The position numbers and the translations under genes were made by a program. The notes under the pieces were generated by a model. The model had not been told where the DNA came from, did not search any database, and was given only the letters and a program-made list of their open reading frames with translations. From a virus, in IMG/VR virus record IMGVR_UViG_3300044832_000020, positions 1 to 62,107 of that record: a stretch of DNA of 62,107 nt, one strand, 5' to 3'. How positions within the stretch are numbered: the stretch's first letter is position 1; every line of letters starts with the position of its first letter. Positions 8,606 through 16,631 of the stretch are shown piece by piece.

Positions 8606-9059
8606 TGCGCGATCCTCCAAGAGGCTCGATGGTGGGGAACACGTCCGACATGCTGGCGAACATGTGATTACAAGAGACGCACCACACCGGGGGCGGGAGC
8701 GCCAGTTGGATGGTGAGGCAGCGGGTGCAGGCGAGCAGGGGTTCCGGCTTGTAGTCGCAGCACTTGGCGCGCCACATGATCCACTCGGCCGGCCTGTCAT
8801 CGCAGCCCTGGCAGCGGATATCCCACTCGGGCTCTGTTGTCTCGGGCAACGATGTGGGTTCGACCTCGATCGACGGGATCGGCGTGGGCGGCGCGTCGAT
8901 GACCGGAGCGGGCATCAGTCCGAGGATCTCGATCAGCTCGCGGGTCGAAGCGACGTCGCCGGTGATATCGGCGATCGTCAGCCGGGCGTGGTGCAAGTAC
9001 GCCTCGGGCAGATCCGGGTCACCGTGAAAGTGGTTGTCGAGGTTGATCTCGCCGCTCAT
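8583..9059 (-). CDS. hypothetical Cys-rich protein (158 aa)
   Basis: Track ORF with several CxxC-like pairs in the C-terminal half. Confidence 0.6.
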   Translation of the reverse strand: MSGEINLDNHFHGDPDLPEAYLHHARLTIADITGDVASTRELIEILGLMPAPVIDAPPTPIPSIEVEPTSLPETTEPEWDIRCQGCDDRPAEWIMWRAKCCDYKPEPLLACTRCLTIQLALPPPVWCVSCNHMFASMSDVFPTIEPLGGSRNDTPHQH

Positions 9060-9358
9060 GACGCGACCCGGGTAGCGGCCCGGCGGATCATGGCCAGCAC
9101 CTCGTCATCAGTCCGGCCGGGCGCGTCGTTCCAGGTGGTGATGTTGACCTTGCCGATCTCGTGCTGCAGGGCCTTGATCATCGTCCTGACCCGGGGCACC
9201 TCGGTGTCTTTGACGACCTCGCAGATCGCCATCAGCAGGCGGACTCTCCCGTCCTCGGCGACCAGCCGATTCTGGCAGCGACCCCGCGCCTGCAGTACGT
9301 CGGCGACGGCGAGGAGCTGGCCTTGCAGGGTTGAGGTTTCGGTCATTACGTCACTCAT
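9056..9358 (-). CDS. hypothetical protein (100 aa)
   Basis: Track ORF with ATGA overlaps at both ends. Confidence 0.6.
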   Translation of the reverse strand: MSDVMTETSTLQGQLLAVADVLQARGRCQNRLVAEDGRVRLLMAICEVVKDTEVPRVRTMIKALQHEIGKVNITTWNDAPGRTDDEVLAMIRRAATRVAS

Positions 9359-9585
9359 GCGACAGGGAACCCTTCTTCATCGTGGGGACGCACCGCGTCG
9401 TGCCAGTCGAGCGCAACGGTGCGGTTGGCGGCCTCGACGGTGATGGCGACCTGCGCGGCAGCGAAGTGCGCTTGCGCCAGGCCGACCAGCGCCATGGCGG
9501 CCGAGTGGGCGACTGACGCGGTGCCCATGGCTTCGGCTCTGGCCAGCAGTCGCTCACCGGCCAGGTAGTGCTCTGCGCCATTCAT
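9355..9585 (-). CDS. hypothetical protein (76 aa)
   Basis: ATG 9585 (MNGAEHYL) in ATGA overlap with the 9582 stop. Confidence 0.5.
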   Translation of the reverse strand: MNGAEHYLAGERLLARAEAMGTASVAHSAAMALVGLAQAHFAAAQVAITVEAANRTVALDWHDAVRPHDEEGFPVA

Positions 9586-9845
9586 CGGCAGGACCACTCT
9601 CGCCAGTAGTAGACGGGCTTCTCGGACGTGTGATCACACTCGGCGACCCAGGCGGTGCGGCACGCTGCACAGATCCATAGCCGGTGCGTGAACCGACGGA
9701 GCCGACGCTTCGGCCGGTCGAGACAGAAGTGACAGCTCGTTGGGTCGTCCATCCGAGGATTGGGGTAGCTCGGCTCGGCCCAGTTGTCGCTGTAGCCGGG
9801 GATCTCGGGACCGCGCCAGCGACGCGGCGGGTAAATGCCCATCAC
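9582..9845 (-). CDS. zinc-ribbon-like protein (87 aa)
   Basis: CHFC...CAAC motifs; track ORF. Confidence 0.55.
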   Translation of the reverse strand: MMGIYPPRRWRGPEIPGYSDNWAEPSYPNPRMDDPTSCHFCLDRPKRRLRRFTHRLWICAACRTAWVAECDHTSEKPVYYWREWSCR

Positions 9846-10075
9846 TCCATCTCCGTGCAGGACTCGTGGATGTAGTCGCCGTAAGCGGTGCGGCAGATCG
9901 GGTCGCCCTCGTACATGGGTTCACCGCAGTCGTCACACTCGGAGTCGAACCGGGCCATGAAGCGGGCCACGATCTGGCTGGCCGGGCGTAGATCTCTGTG
10001 CGCCTTGAAAGGCTTCGGCCGGCAGTAGTCGCAGTCGGTGGCCTTCATCTCGTGAACGCATCCGACGTCGCTCAT
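9842..10075 (-). CDS. Cys-rich small protein (77 aa)
   Basis: ATG 10075 (MSDVGCVHEM...) with CDYC...CDDC...C motifs; ATGA overlap. Confidence 0.55.
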   Translation of the reverse strand: MSDVGCVHEMKATDCDYCRPKPFKAHRDLRPASQIVARFMARFDSECDDCGEPMYEGDPICRTAYGDYIHESCTEME

Positions 10076-10809
10076 CGTCGCGGCCACCGATCCGGGTACA
10101 GCATCCGCATCGCCTCGGACCGGGTTCGCATCTGCACGCCGGCCGCCTTGAGGGTGTAGGTGATCGCAGCAGGCGTGACGTCGTACTGGCCGCCTAGCGA
10201 GGTGGCGGATTCGCCCATCTTGTAGCGGTGGACGATTTCGTCCCGCTGCTGCTGGGTCAGGTGAGCGCCAAGCGCGCCCCTGAGCGGTCGGGATCCGTTC
10301 CGCATGCAATCACGCACAGGACACCCTGCGGAGCCGGCAGCGTCGTGCTGGTGACGTGTGGCAGTGCGTAGACCTTCCTTGTCGTCCACGTAATCCTCGT
10401 CCGGGGAAAAGGTGTGGCCGCTCGGGGTGGTCAGCACGTCCGGGCTCGCGGTGAGCGGTTCGTCGGGTGGGCGCAGTGCCGCCCAGTCGAGGCCGGTCGG
10501 GATCGGCTTGTCGCGTTTCCGGTAGACCACGCTCGTTGGCAGTCCCCGGTCCCAGTCGCCGCCGCCCACGTACATGCCAGAGCCGCCGGCGGACAGCTTG
10601 AGATCCGTGGTGCGATGCGCGACCGGCCTGACCGTGTTCGGTTCGCCGGCGGTGTTGAACCCGGCATCGTTGAGCCGCGAGCGAAGCTGGCTGATCGTGC
10701 AGTGGTACTTCACCGACAGCCCGTCCAGGGTGGCGCGATTCTTGCGGATGCCAGCGGCCAGCTCGCAGCCGCTAGGTAGGTCGTTGCGTCGGTTGCTTAC
10801 GAACGTCAT
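10072..10809 (-). CDS. putative DNA-binding protein with HTH-like N- and C-terminal segments (245 aa)
   Basis: Track ORF. C-terminal QQQRDEIVHRYKMGESATSLGGQYDVTPAAITYTLK resembles a sigma-r4/resolvase-type HTH. Confidence 0.55.
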   Translation of the reverse strand: MTFVSNRRNDLPSGCELAAGIRKNRATLDGLSVKYHCTISQLRSRLNDAGFNTAGEPNTVRPVAHRTTDLKLSAGGSGMYVGGGDWDRGLPTSVVYRKRDKPIPTGLDWAALRPPDEPLTASPDVLTTPSGHTFSPDEDYVDDKEGLRTATRHQHDAAGSAGCPVRDCMRNGSRPLRGALGAHLTQQQRDEIVHRYKMGESATSLGGQYDVTPAAITYTLKAAGVQMRTRSEAMRMLYPDRWPRR

Positions 10810-11207
10810 GGCTTGACCTCCACGGTGACGTCGACTGCGAGCCCTGCGCCGGTCGTGCAGTGGTGCAGCGTGTCCGGCTTGTAGGGGATCGGGGACCCGT
10901 TGTGGATCTCATGCTTGTCAGGCGGCGGCACGTTGGTCGGTAGCGTGATCCGGGCCACCAGCGCCTTGCAGTCGCCGCAATGGAACACGTAGAGCGCCGC
11001 CATGGTCGGCCAGGCTTTCAACGCCCGGTGCTCGGCTCGCGCCAGCGCGGCCCAGTAGACAGCGAGCGCGAACCAGAGCAACAGCTCCCAGCTCCCGTAG
11101 GCGAGCGCCGAGTTGAGCAGGAATACCACCGTCATGACGACGTACCAGTCCCGCAGGTTGCGTCTCGGATTCGGCGCCGCCGTCAGCTTGAGATTGGGCC
11201 GCTTCAT
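10806..11207 (-). CDS. membrane protein (133 aa)
   Basis: ATG 11207 (MKRPNLKL...), two hydrophobic helices, C-terminal CGDC; ATGA overlap. Confidence 0.55.
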   Translation of the reverse strand: MKRPNLKLTAAPNPRRNLRDWYVVMTVVFLLNSALAYGSWELLLWFALAVYWAALARAEHRALKAWPTMAALYVFHCGDCKALVARITLPTNVPPPDKHEIHNGSPIPYKPDTLHHCTTGAGLAVDVTVEVKP

Positions 11208-11479
11208 CGGTCCTGCTTGAAGTCGGCCGGCGTGGGCGTCTCGCCAGGAACGAACGGGAGGACGGCGATCGTGGTCGCCTCGGCGGCCAGGATCTTCTCG
11301 ACGTCGAGCACGCCATAGGCCAAGCCGAGCCGGGTCACATTCGCCGTCGCGTCGTACTCGGCGGCGGTGACGGTCAACCACTCGCCGAGCATGTTCGGAC
11401 CCATGTGCTGACCGATCGCGTCGCGGGTACGGTCGCCCTTGTAGTTGAGCCACTGTTGTGGCAGTAGGCGTGATCCCAT
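11204..11479 (-). CDS. hypothetical protein (91 aa)
   Basis: ATG 11479 (MGSRLLPQQW...), 1-nt overlap with the upstream stop. Confidence 0.55.
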   Translation of the reverse strand: MGSRLLPQQWLNYKGDRTRDAIGQHMGPNMLGEWLTVTAAEYDATANVTRLGLAYGVLDVEKILAAEATTIAVLPFVPGETPTPADFKQDR

Positions 11480-11829
11480 CAGCCGACCTGCACCTTGTGA
11501 TTGGGCGAAACTTTCATGCACTGCGCGTAGAGGTCTGGCGGCAAAACCAGCTTGGCTTTCTTCGCACTGAGCGCCGTCTCGGAACACGCGGCGACCAGGG
11601 CTGGATTGATTGCTGTGAGCACCGGTTCCGCCGTCGCCGGGTCGAACCGGCGATTGGGTGACACGGTCACCGGGACGTCGCCGACGTCGTAGTGGCCGAT
11701 GCCGAGCTGGCGGAACTTCGCCTTGATCAGCTCTTGTTCTTCGGTGGCGGCGTCGATGATGGCGCCCAGTTGCTGATGGCGCTTGACCAGCTCGATGCGC
11801 TCGACCTCGATGGGCAGTAGCTCGCTCAT
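11479..11829 (-). CDS. hypothetical protein (116 aa)
   Basis: Track ORF in a GC3-rich frame. Confidence 0.6.
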   Translation of the reverse strand: MSELLPIEVERIELVKRHQQLGAIIDAATEEQELIKAKFRQLGIGHYDVGDVPVTVSPNRRFDPATAEPVLTAINPALVAACSETALSAKKAKLVLPPDLYAQCMKVSPNHKVQVG

Positions 11830-11969
11830 TGGTGCTCACCGCGCCGGTGGTGCAGCGCCGCGCGAGCCCTGGCCAGGTAGCCTTTCCAGTCCTCGACGTG
11901 CTGGTGCCAGTGCGTGTCGGGGTGTGGGGCCTCGTCGGTAACGGCGTCCACGTTCTCGTCGTCGCTCAT
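11826..11969 (-). CDS. hypothetical His-rich mini-protein (47 aa)
   Basis: Own codon-by-codon translation: MSDDENVDAVTDEAPHPDTHWHQHVEDWKGYLARARAALHHRRGEHQ. ATGA overlaps at both ends. Confidence 0.4.
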   Translation of the reverse strand: MSDDENVDAVTDEAPHPDTHWHQHVEDWKGYLARARAALHHRRGEHQ

Positions 11970-12148
11970 CGGTAATACCTCCCTGTGGGTGGGTTTTCGG
12001 GGAAGGGGTAGAGCAGATCGAGGTAGCGATCAATCAGGCGCAGATCCGGGTGTCTGGCGATCTGCTTGGCTATGTCGTCGCTGCTGCAGCCGTACAAGAT
12101 CCAGTGGACCCGGCTCGGCAGGTTGCGCCACTCGGACAAGCTGATCAC
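11966..12148 (-). CDS. hypothetical protein (60 aa)
   Basis: Track ORF with ATGA overlap. Confidence 0.5.
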   Translation of the reverse strand: MISLSEWRNLPSRVHWILYGCSSDDIAKQIARHPDLRLIDRYLDLLYPFPENPPTGRYYR

Positions 12149-12456
12149 CCTTCCCCCGTTCGAGCCGGCGCCTCGGTGCCCGAACCGCTGCAGGGGATCC
12201 GGCGCCCGCCGACCGTGAAGTGGTCATGGTCGCGGAAGCGCTCGATACCGACCGCGTCGCGGGTGACGCCGATTTTCTTGTTGCTGCCTTGCGGGCCGCA
12301 GCACTGCGGGCACGGGGCGGTGCGGATCGAGCGGGTGATCTGCCGCTTTTCGAGCTTGCGCTCGCCACTGCTCGGCGGCTTGATCTTGAAGGGCAACGGG
12401 TCTTGCTGGATCGCCGGGTGTCGGCGAGCGATCTTGTCGCGGTCCGGGTCGCTCAT
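12145..12456 (-). CDS. hypothetical protein with CPQCC motif (103 aa)
   Basis: Internal ATG 12456 of track ORF 12145..13035. The upstream 190 codons are an R/P-rich artefact that overlaps real genes. Confidence 0.5.
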   Translation of the reverse strand: MSDPDRDKIARRHPAIQQDPLPFKIKPPSSGERKLEKRQITRSIRTAPCPQCCGPQGSNKKIGVTRDAVGIERFRDHDHFTVGGRRIPCSGSGTEAPARTGEG

Positions 12457-12599
12457 CGTCTCGGCACCGTCCTTACCAGCAGCACGGCGCCGGCCATGCC
12501 GAGCGAGAGCAGCGCGGTAATCCGGTCGTCGGCCAGCACCAAGATGATGAAGCCGGCGAACAACAAACAACACGCCGCGTACTGCTGGCCCTCGGTCAT
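12453..12599 (-). CDS. small membrane protein (48 aa)
   Basis: ATG 12599 (MTEGQQYAACCLLFAGFIILVLADD...); ATGA overlap. Confidence 0.4.
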   Translation of the reverse strand: MTEGQQYAACCLLFAGFIILVLADDRITALLSLGMAGAVLLVRTVPRR

Positions 12600-12778
12600 C
12601 GCCGGCGCGCCCTCTCGTGCTGGTCGCGGTAGTGGTCGAACTCGCGGCGCGCGCCGCCACACTCGCAATCGGTCCACATGTGTGTCTGCTGACGCGGGCA
12701 GGTCGCGTCACACCAGGGCTCGGCCAGCGCATGCCGGGTGGATAGCTCGCGCTCCCGTCGTACGACGTCACGAAACAT
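12596..12778 (-). CDS. hypothetical Cys-containing protein (60 aa)
   Basis: Track ORF. Confidence 0.45.
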   Translation of the reverse strand: MFRDVVRRERELSTRHALAEPWCDATCPRQQTHMWTDCECGGARREFDHYRDQHERARRR

Positions 12779-13238
12779 TGCTGCCGCCGCCCCGGTGTTT
12801 CCCGCCGGCGTCGCGCCGAGCGCGGAACTTGGCGAGCTGCAGTGACAGCTCGATCTGGCGTTCGGGGCGCAGCTTCCACCAGCGACCCGGCTTCAGATCC
12901 CTGGCCGGGTTGACGTATGGCACGTTGGTGCTCGACGCGCGCAGGTCGCGCGGCCAGGTACGGACCTTGCCGGTGTCGCGGTCGCGATCGTGCCGCAGGT
13001 CGCGCGCCGGCTTGCCGGTGTGCTGGTGGATCCACAGCGGCTCGGGCCGCCGAACGTTGCGCATAGCAACAGTCACCCCGTGGCCGCCGCCTTCAGGCTC
13101 GGACTGCGCGGCCAGCTTGCGTCGCTCGGTCGTCCGCTTCTGGGCGGCAGCGAGACGGTCCTGGAACCAGTCCTGGAACACGCTCGCGCGGGCCGCCTTC
13201 TCGGCGTTGACTTCGGTCCGACGCCTTACCTTCTTCAT
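12768..13238 (-). CDS. hypothetical basic protein (156 aa)
   Basis: Track ORF; I checked that third positions are almost all G/C. Confidence 0.6.
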   Translation of the reverse strand: MKKVRRRTEVNAEKAARASVFQDWFQDRLAAAQKRTTERRKLAAQSEPEGGGHGVTVAMRNVRRPEPLWIHQHTGKPARDLRHDRDRDTGKVRTWPRDLRASSTNVPYVNPARDLKPGRWWKLRPERQIELSLQLAKFRARRDAGGKHRGGGSNVS

Positions 13239-13450
13239 CGTTCCTCCGGGTGGTTAACGAGATAGCGGGCGTACGCGGTTCTCGCGATGTGGTCCTGTAG
13301 CAGATCGAGCGCCTCGGACATTCGGCCATGCGTCAGCAAAAATTCGATCGTGGTCAGAAAGGCCGGGTCGCTGTCCTGCCGGGCAAGCCAGTCGGCCGCC
13401 GTCATCACCCCGAGGGAGATGGCGAGGTTGCCGACCGGCTTGCTGGACAT
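13235..13450 (-). CDS. hypothetical protein (71 aa)
   Basis: Track ORF with ATGA overlap. Confidence 0.55.
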   Translation of the reverse strand: MSSKPVGNLAISLGVMTAADWLARQDSDPAFLTTIEFLLTHGRMSEALDLLQDHIARTAYARYLVNHPEER

Positions 13451-13545
13451 GGCGCTATTTCGCCTTCTTCCAGGAGGGGAACTGGGGTGGAGCCGGGTGG
13501 CGCCGGGGGCTTGGGGGTTGCCGGCCCGGCGTCACCCGGGGTACT

Positions 13546-13782
13546 TCAGGCCGAGCGATCCAGGGGGTCGGTCTCGGCCGTGGGTGCGGTGTGCGTGCGG
13601 CGCTCGATCAGCGCCAGCAGGTCGGACTCGCGGATCCGAGCACGCCGGAACTTCGGGGTGCCGACGTCAACGAACGGGATCTCGCCGCTGCGGATCCACC
13701 TATCAACGACGTCATGGGAAACACCGAGCCGCTCGCCGGCTTGCTTCGGCGTGTAGAGCCGGGTTTCCGTTTCCGCAGTCAT
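13546..13782 (-). CDS. excisionase-family HTH protein (Xis, Cro-like or Cox-like early regulator)
   Basis: LYTPKQAGERLGVSHDVVDRWIRSGEIPFVDVG fits the excisionase/MerR-type winged HTH. It is the first gene of the leftward operon, divergent from the repressor. Confidence 0.7.
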   Translation of the reverse strand: MTAETETRLYTPKQAGERLGVSHDVVDRWIRSGEIPFVDVGTPKFRRARIRESDLLALIERRTHTAPTAETDPLDRSA

Positions 13783-13985
13783 TCGGTAACTCCCTTACGT
13801 GAGATCGCGTCAATCCGCAGCACGCTGCGTCGATCGGTTGCTGACCGACGGTACGCGCGGTTGGTGGATCTGACAAGCGCTTGGCCGATCTTGCTGCTGC
13901 AGGCGGTTGCAATCTGCGTCAGACATGACAAGATCGGATTACGCGCTATAACGCGCTATGACTCAGAAAGGGGCAGTAACGTGCC
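13783..13985. promoter_or_regulatory. divergent genetic-switch region
   Basis: A lower-GC 203-bp spacer between divergent HTH genes. It holds tandem ACGCGCTA boxes at 13941 and 13951, and a 9-bp inverted repeat ccgatcttg/caagatcgg at 13885..13893 and 13929..13937. Confidence 0.65.
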
Positions 13986-14312
13986 ATGATTGACGTCATG
14001 ACGGATGAAACCGGGCGACGATGGATCGCTGAGCTGGTGCAGTACGAGGTGAGCCGGCTAGGACTCACCCGCACGCGGATGCGAAAACAGTGGGGCAGCG
14101 TCGTCAGTCCCGCGACGGTTGACCGGGTACGTCGAGGCGAGGTGGTCGGCGACAGCTACCTGGCCGCGATCGGCGACCTGCTCGGGATGCCGCGTGGCTT
14201 CCTGACCTACGTCGGGGAGGGCGACGTCGCCCGGATCAAGACGTCGGGCGCCGACCCGGACCTGATCCGCTGGGTGCTCGATCTGCTCGACGCCGAAAGC
14301 GCGGCGGGCTGA
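13986..14312 (+). CDS. putative immunity repressor (XRE-like HTH, 108 aa)
   Basis: Sits upstream of the integrase and is divergent from the early operon. HTH-like segment SPATVDRVRRGE. Confidence 0.55.
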   Translation: MIDVMTDETGRRWIAELVQYEVSRLGLTRTRMRKQWGSVVSPATVDRVRRGEVVGDSYLAAIGDLLGMPRGFLTYVGEGDVARIKTSGADPDLIRWVLDLLDAESAAG

Positions 14313-14316
14313 GATC

Positions 14317-14586
14317 TTGACGGGCCGTACGCATCTAACGACTATGAGCGGCATGACCCCCACCGCGAAAGTCCTTACCGCCGCAGGATTCGGAGGGCTG
14401 GGGCTGGACCTCGGCTTCTCGCTGCTCTGTTACCGGCTGCTGATCCGCCGCGAGCACGCCGACACATCATCCTTCGACCGGGGGTACGACGCCGGCTATG
14501 ACGACCGCACCCGCGAGCTGGACCCATCACCACGCCCGGCAACGAAGCCCTGCCGGGTGATCCCGCTGCACCCGAAAACGAGCTGA
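14317..14586 (+). CDS. small membrane protein (start uncertain: TTG 14317 or ATG 14344)
   Basis: Track ORF with hydrophobic segment VLTAAGFGGLGLDLGFSLLCYRLL. Confidence 0.45.
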   Translation: MTGRTHLTTMSGMTPTAKVLTAAGFGGLGLDLGFSLLCYRLLIRREHADTSSFDRGYDAGYDDRTRELDPSPRPATKPCRVIPLHPKTS

Positions 14587-14590
14587 TCAC

Positions 14591-15772
14591 ATGGTGTCGT
14601 TCCGACGTCTCCCGGCCAGCCGGCAGAACCCGGCTGGCCGGTGGCAGGCGACTGTCGTTCTACCGATCAAGATGCCCAGCGGGAAGTCCAAGCGCGTCAC
14701 CCGGACCCACATCCTGAAAGGCGTCCTGCGCGACTGGGGCCGCGAGCTGGAGGCACGGATCGCCGCCGGCGAGTGGCACGATCCTCGCGGTGCCGAGATC
14801 ACGCTCGATCAATGGCGCGTGACCTGGCTGACCGGCCGGGTCGCGGCGTCGGCGACGCTGGCGAAGGATCAGAGCCACTGGCGCAATCACGTCCAGCCCA
14901 AGTGGGGCGGCTACCCGCTCGCCGAGATCACCCGCACCCGGCTGCATGTCTGGGTCCGGGAGATGATCGACGCCGGACTGGGGGCCTGGACGATCGCCGG
15001 CTCGGTCGCGCACTTGTCGAGCATGCTCGCCGGCGCGGTCGAGGACAAACGTTTACCAGCGAACCCGGCTGCCGGAATCAAACTGCCGCGCGCCGACCCG
15101 AAGCCGGTTTTTTACTGGACCCGGGACGAGGCGAGCGCGCTGCTGCTGGGGCTCGGCGGTGATGATGCGCTGCTGGCGGATATCGGGCTGCACACCGGGT
15201 TGCGGATCGGCGAGCTACTGGGACTGCGCCGGCGGTACGTCGACACCGAGGCCGGGCTGATCCATGTCGTCGGCGTCCAGACGCGGAAGGGGTGGCGCGA
15301 GTACCCGAAATCCCGCAAGAGCCGGCGGCCGGTGCCGGTGCCGGCGCACCTACGCGGCCAGCTCACCGACCGCGTCGACCTGCTCGGCCCGGACGATTAC
15401 GTGTTCACCCCGGATGGCGTCCATGCGTGGGATGACCGCAACTTCGCCCGCCGGGTGTTCGACCCGGCGGTGGCGGCGGCCGGGATCCGGCGCGGCACCG
15501 CTCACGACATGCGCCACACCGCCGCGAGCTGGCTGGCGCAAGGCGGCATGGACCCCGCCAAACTGCAGGCCCTGCTCGGGCACGAGAACTACAAGACGAC
15601 CCAGCAGTACGCCCACCTGGAGCCGGATGCGTTCGATGACGCGCAGGCGATCTGGGCGGCCCGGCCGGTGGATGTGCGTCGAGCGCCCCTTGACGCTGTA
15701 ACGGGTTACAGGGGTGATCGCGTACAGACAGATACCCACGATCTCCCCGAGCCGGGAGGTGAGCACCGGTGA
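14591..15772 (+). CDS. int: tyrosine integrase
   Basis: GLRIGELLGL (Arg), HDMRHTAASW (HxxR) and LLGHENYKTTQQYAHL (His and Tyr) match the tyrosine recombinase catalytic signature. Confidence 0.9.
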   Translation: MVSFRRLPASRQNPAGRWQATVVLPIKMPSGKSKRVTRTHILKGVLRDWGRELEARIAAGEWHDPRGAEITLDQWRVTWLTGRVAASATLAKDQSHWRNHVQPKWGGYPLAEITRTRLHVWVREMIDAGLGAWTIAGSVAHLSSMLAGAVEDKRLPANPAAGIKLPRADPKPVFYWTRDEASALLLGLGGDDALLADIGLHTGLRIGELLGLRRRYVDTEAGLIHVVGVQTRKGWREYPKSRKSRRPVPVPAHLRGQLTDRVDLLGPDDYVFTPDGVHAWDDRNFARRVFDPAVAAAGIRRGTAHDMRHTAASWLAQGGMDPAKLQALLGHENYKTTQQYAHLEPDAFDDAQAIWAARPVDVRRAPLDAVTGYRGDRVQTDTHDLPEPGGEHR

Positions 15773-15820
15773 CGGCCCGTGATGTACCGTCGTAACAATA
15801 GAGGCGAAAGGATTGTGACG

Positions 15821-16120
15821 ATGGCGAAGAAGGGCAGCACCCGCCCGCACCGTGTCGAGTACACCTGGACCGGCACGGGCATCAAGAGTACGGAGACGTT
15901 CGAGACCACCGAGCGCGCGGCGGATTTCATGCGGGAGATGGCCGAGCGCGCGACACGAAACGGGTCAGGTTTGGAACTTCGCCGGCTGCTGCGAATCGCC
16001 GCCGCCGGCGGGGGTAGCCGATTTCTCACGCAAGAGACCAAGACGATCGAGGCCGATGCCGCCACCGCCGCCCGGTGGCAGGCCGAGCGGTTCCCGCGCG
16101 GCTATGACGAACGCGACTAA
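15821..16120 (+). CDS. hypothetical protein (99 aa) between int and attP
   Basis: ATG 15821 follows the 20-nt leader agaggcgaaaggattgtgac, which contains an SD. Confidence 0.55.
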   Translation: MAKKGSTRPHRVEYTWTGTGIKSTETFETTERAADFMREMAERATRNGSGLELRRLLRIAAAGGGSRFLTQETKTIEADAATAARWQAERFPRGYDERD

Positions 16121-16148
16121 ACATCAGAGGCGAAAGGATTGTGACACG

Positions 16149-16478
16149 ATGACTACCGACTGGTCAGACACAGGAAGCGGTGGCGGCTACCAACAGCCGA
16201 CCGCTGCTGAGCACTTCGCGTGGGCACGCGCTCGCGCAATGGAGTACGTCGAGCGGAACGAGGCAGGCAACGCGATGGCGTCGTTCGTGCAGGATCTGGG
16301 GACCCACGAGGGAACTCGCGAGATCCTGCACGCCGACCTGTTGGGGTTGTTCGCCGGCGAGATCTTGATGCACGGCGCGCGTGGCGCTCGCAGCTTCATC
16401 GAGGGGCTGGCCGGGCCGCCGGCCGACGTGCCGTGGCATGACATGCGCACACCCAGCGAGGTGGCCGAGGAGCGCTGA
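16149..16478 (+). CDS. hypothetical protein (109 aa) between int and attP
   Basis: ATG 16149 follows an identical 20-nt leader (16126..16145). Confidence 0.55.
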   Translation: MTTDWSDTGSGGGYQQPTAAEHFAWARARAMEYVERNEAGNAMASFVQDLGTHEGTREILHADLLGLFAGEILMHGARGARSFIEGLAGPPADVPWHDMRTPSEVAEER

Positions 16479-16522
16479 CCTCCCAGCTCCGTCCGCATGG
16501 CGTCCGCACGGACGCAGAAAAC

Positions 16523-16553
16523 GAGCCCCTCCCGCTGGCAGCGGGAGGGGCTC
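16523..16553 (+). terminator. 13-bp perfect stem-loop terminator after the lysogeny operon
   Basis: gagcccctcccgc tggca gcgggaggggctc read directly. Confidence 0.7.
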
Positions 16554-16582
16554 AATCGTGCTCTGACCTGCGGTTATACCTC

Positions 16583-16631
16583 GGTGGAGCTTAGGGGATT
16601 CGAACCCCTGACCTCTTCCATGCCATGGAAG
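16583..16631 (-). other. tRNA 3-prime fragment (anticodon arm, GGC anticodon, Ala-like, through T arm and acceptor 3-prime strand); likely attP core
   Basis: Reverse complement reads cttcc atggcat ggaag aggtc agggg ttcgaat cccct aagctcc a cc. No D arm or 5-prime acceptor strand lies upstream. Confidence 0.65.

Noticed and set aside
15821-16478. Calling the int-attP gene pair a toxin-antitoxin or a named defence system
   Set aside because: Neither protein has a recognisable motif. Only position and the shared leader support an accessory role, so it is reported as a hypothesis only.
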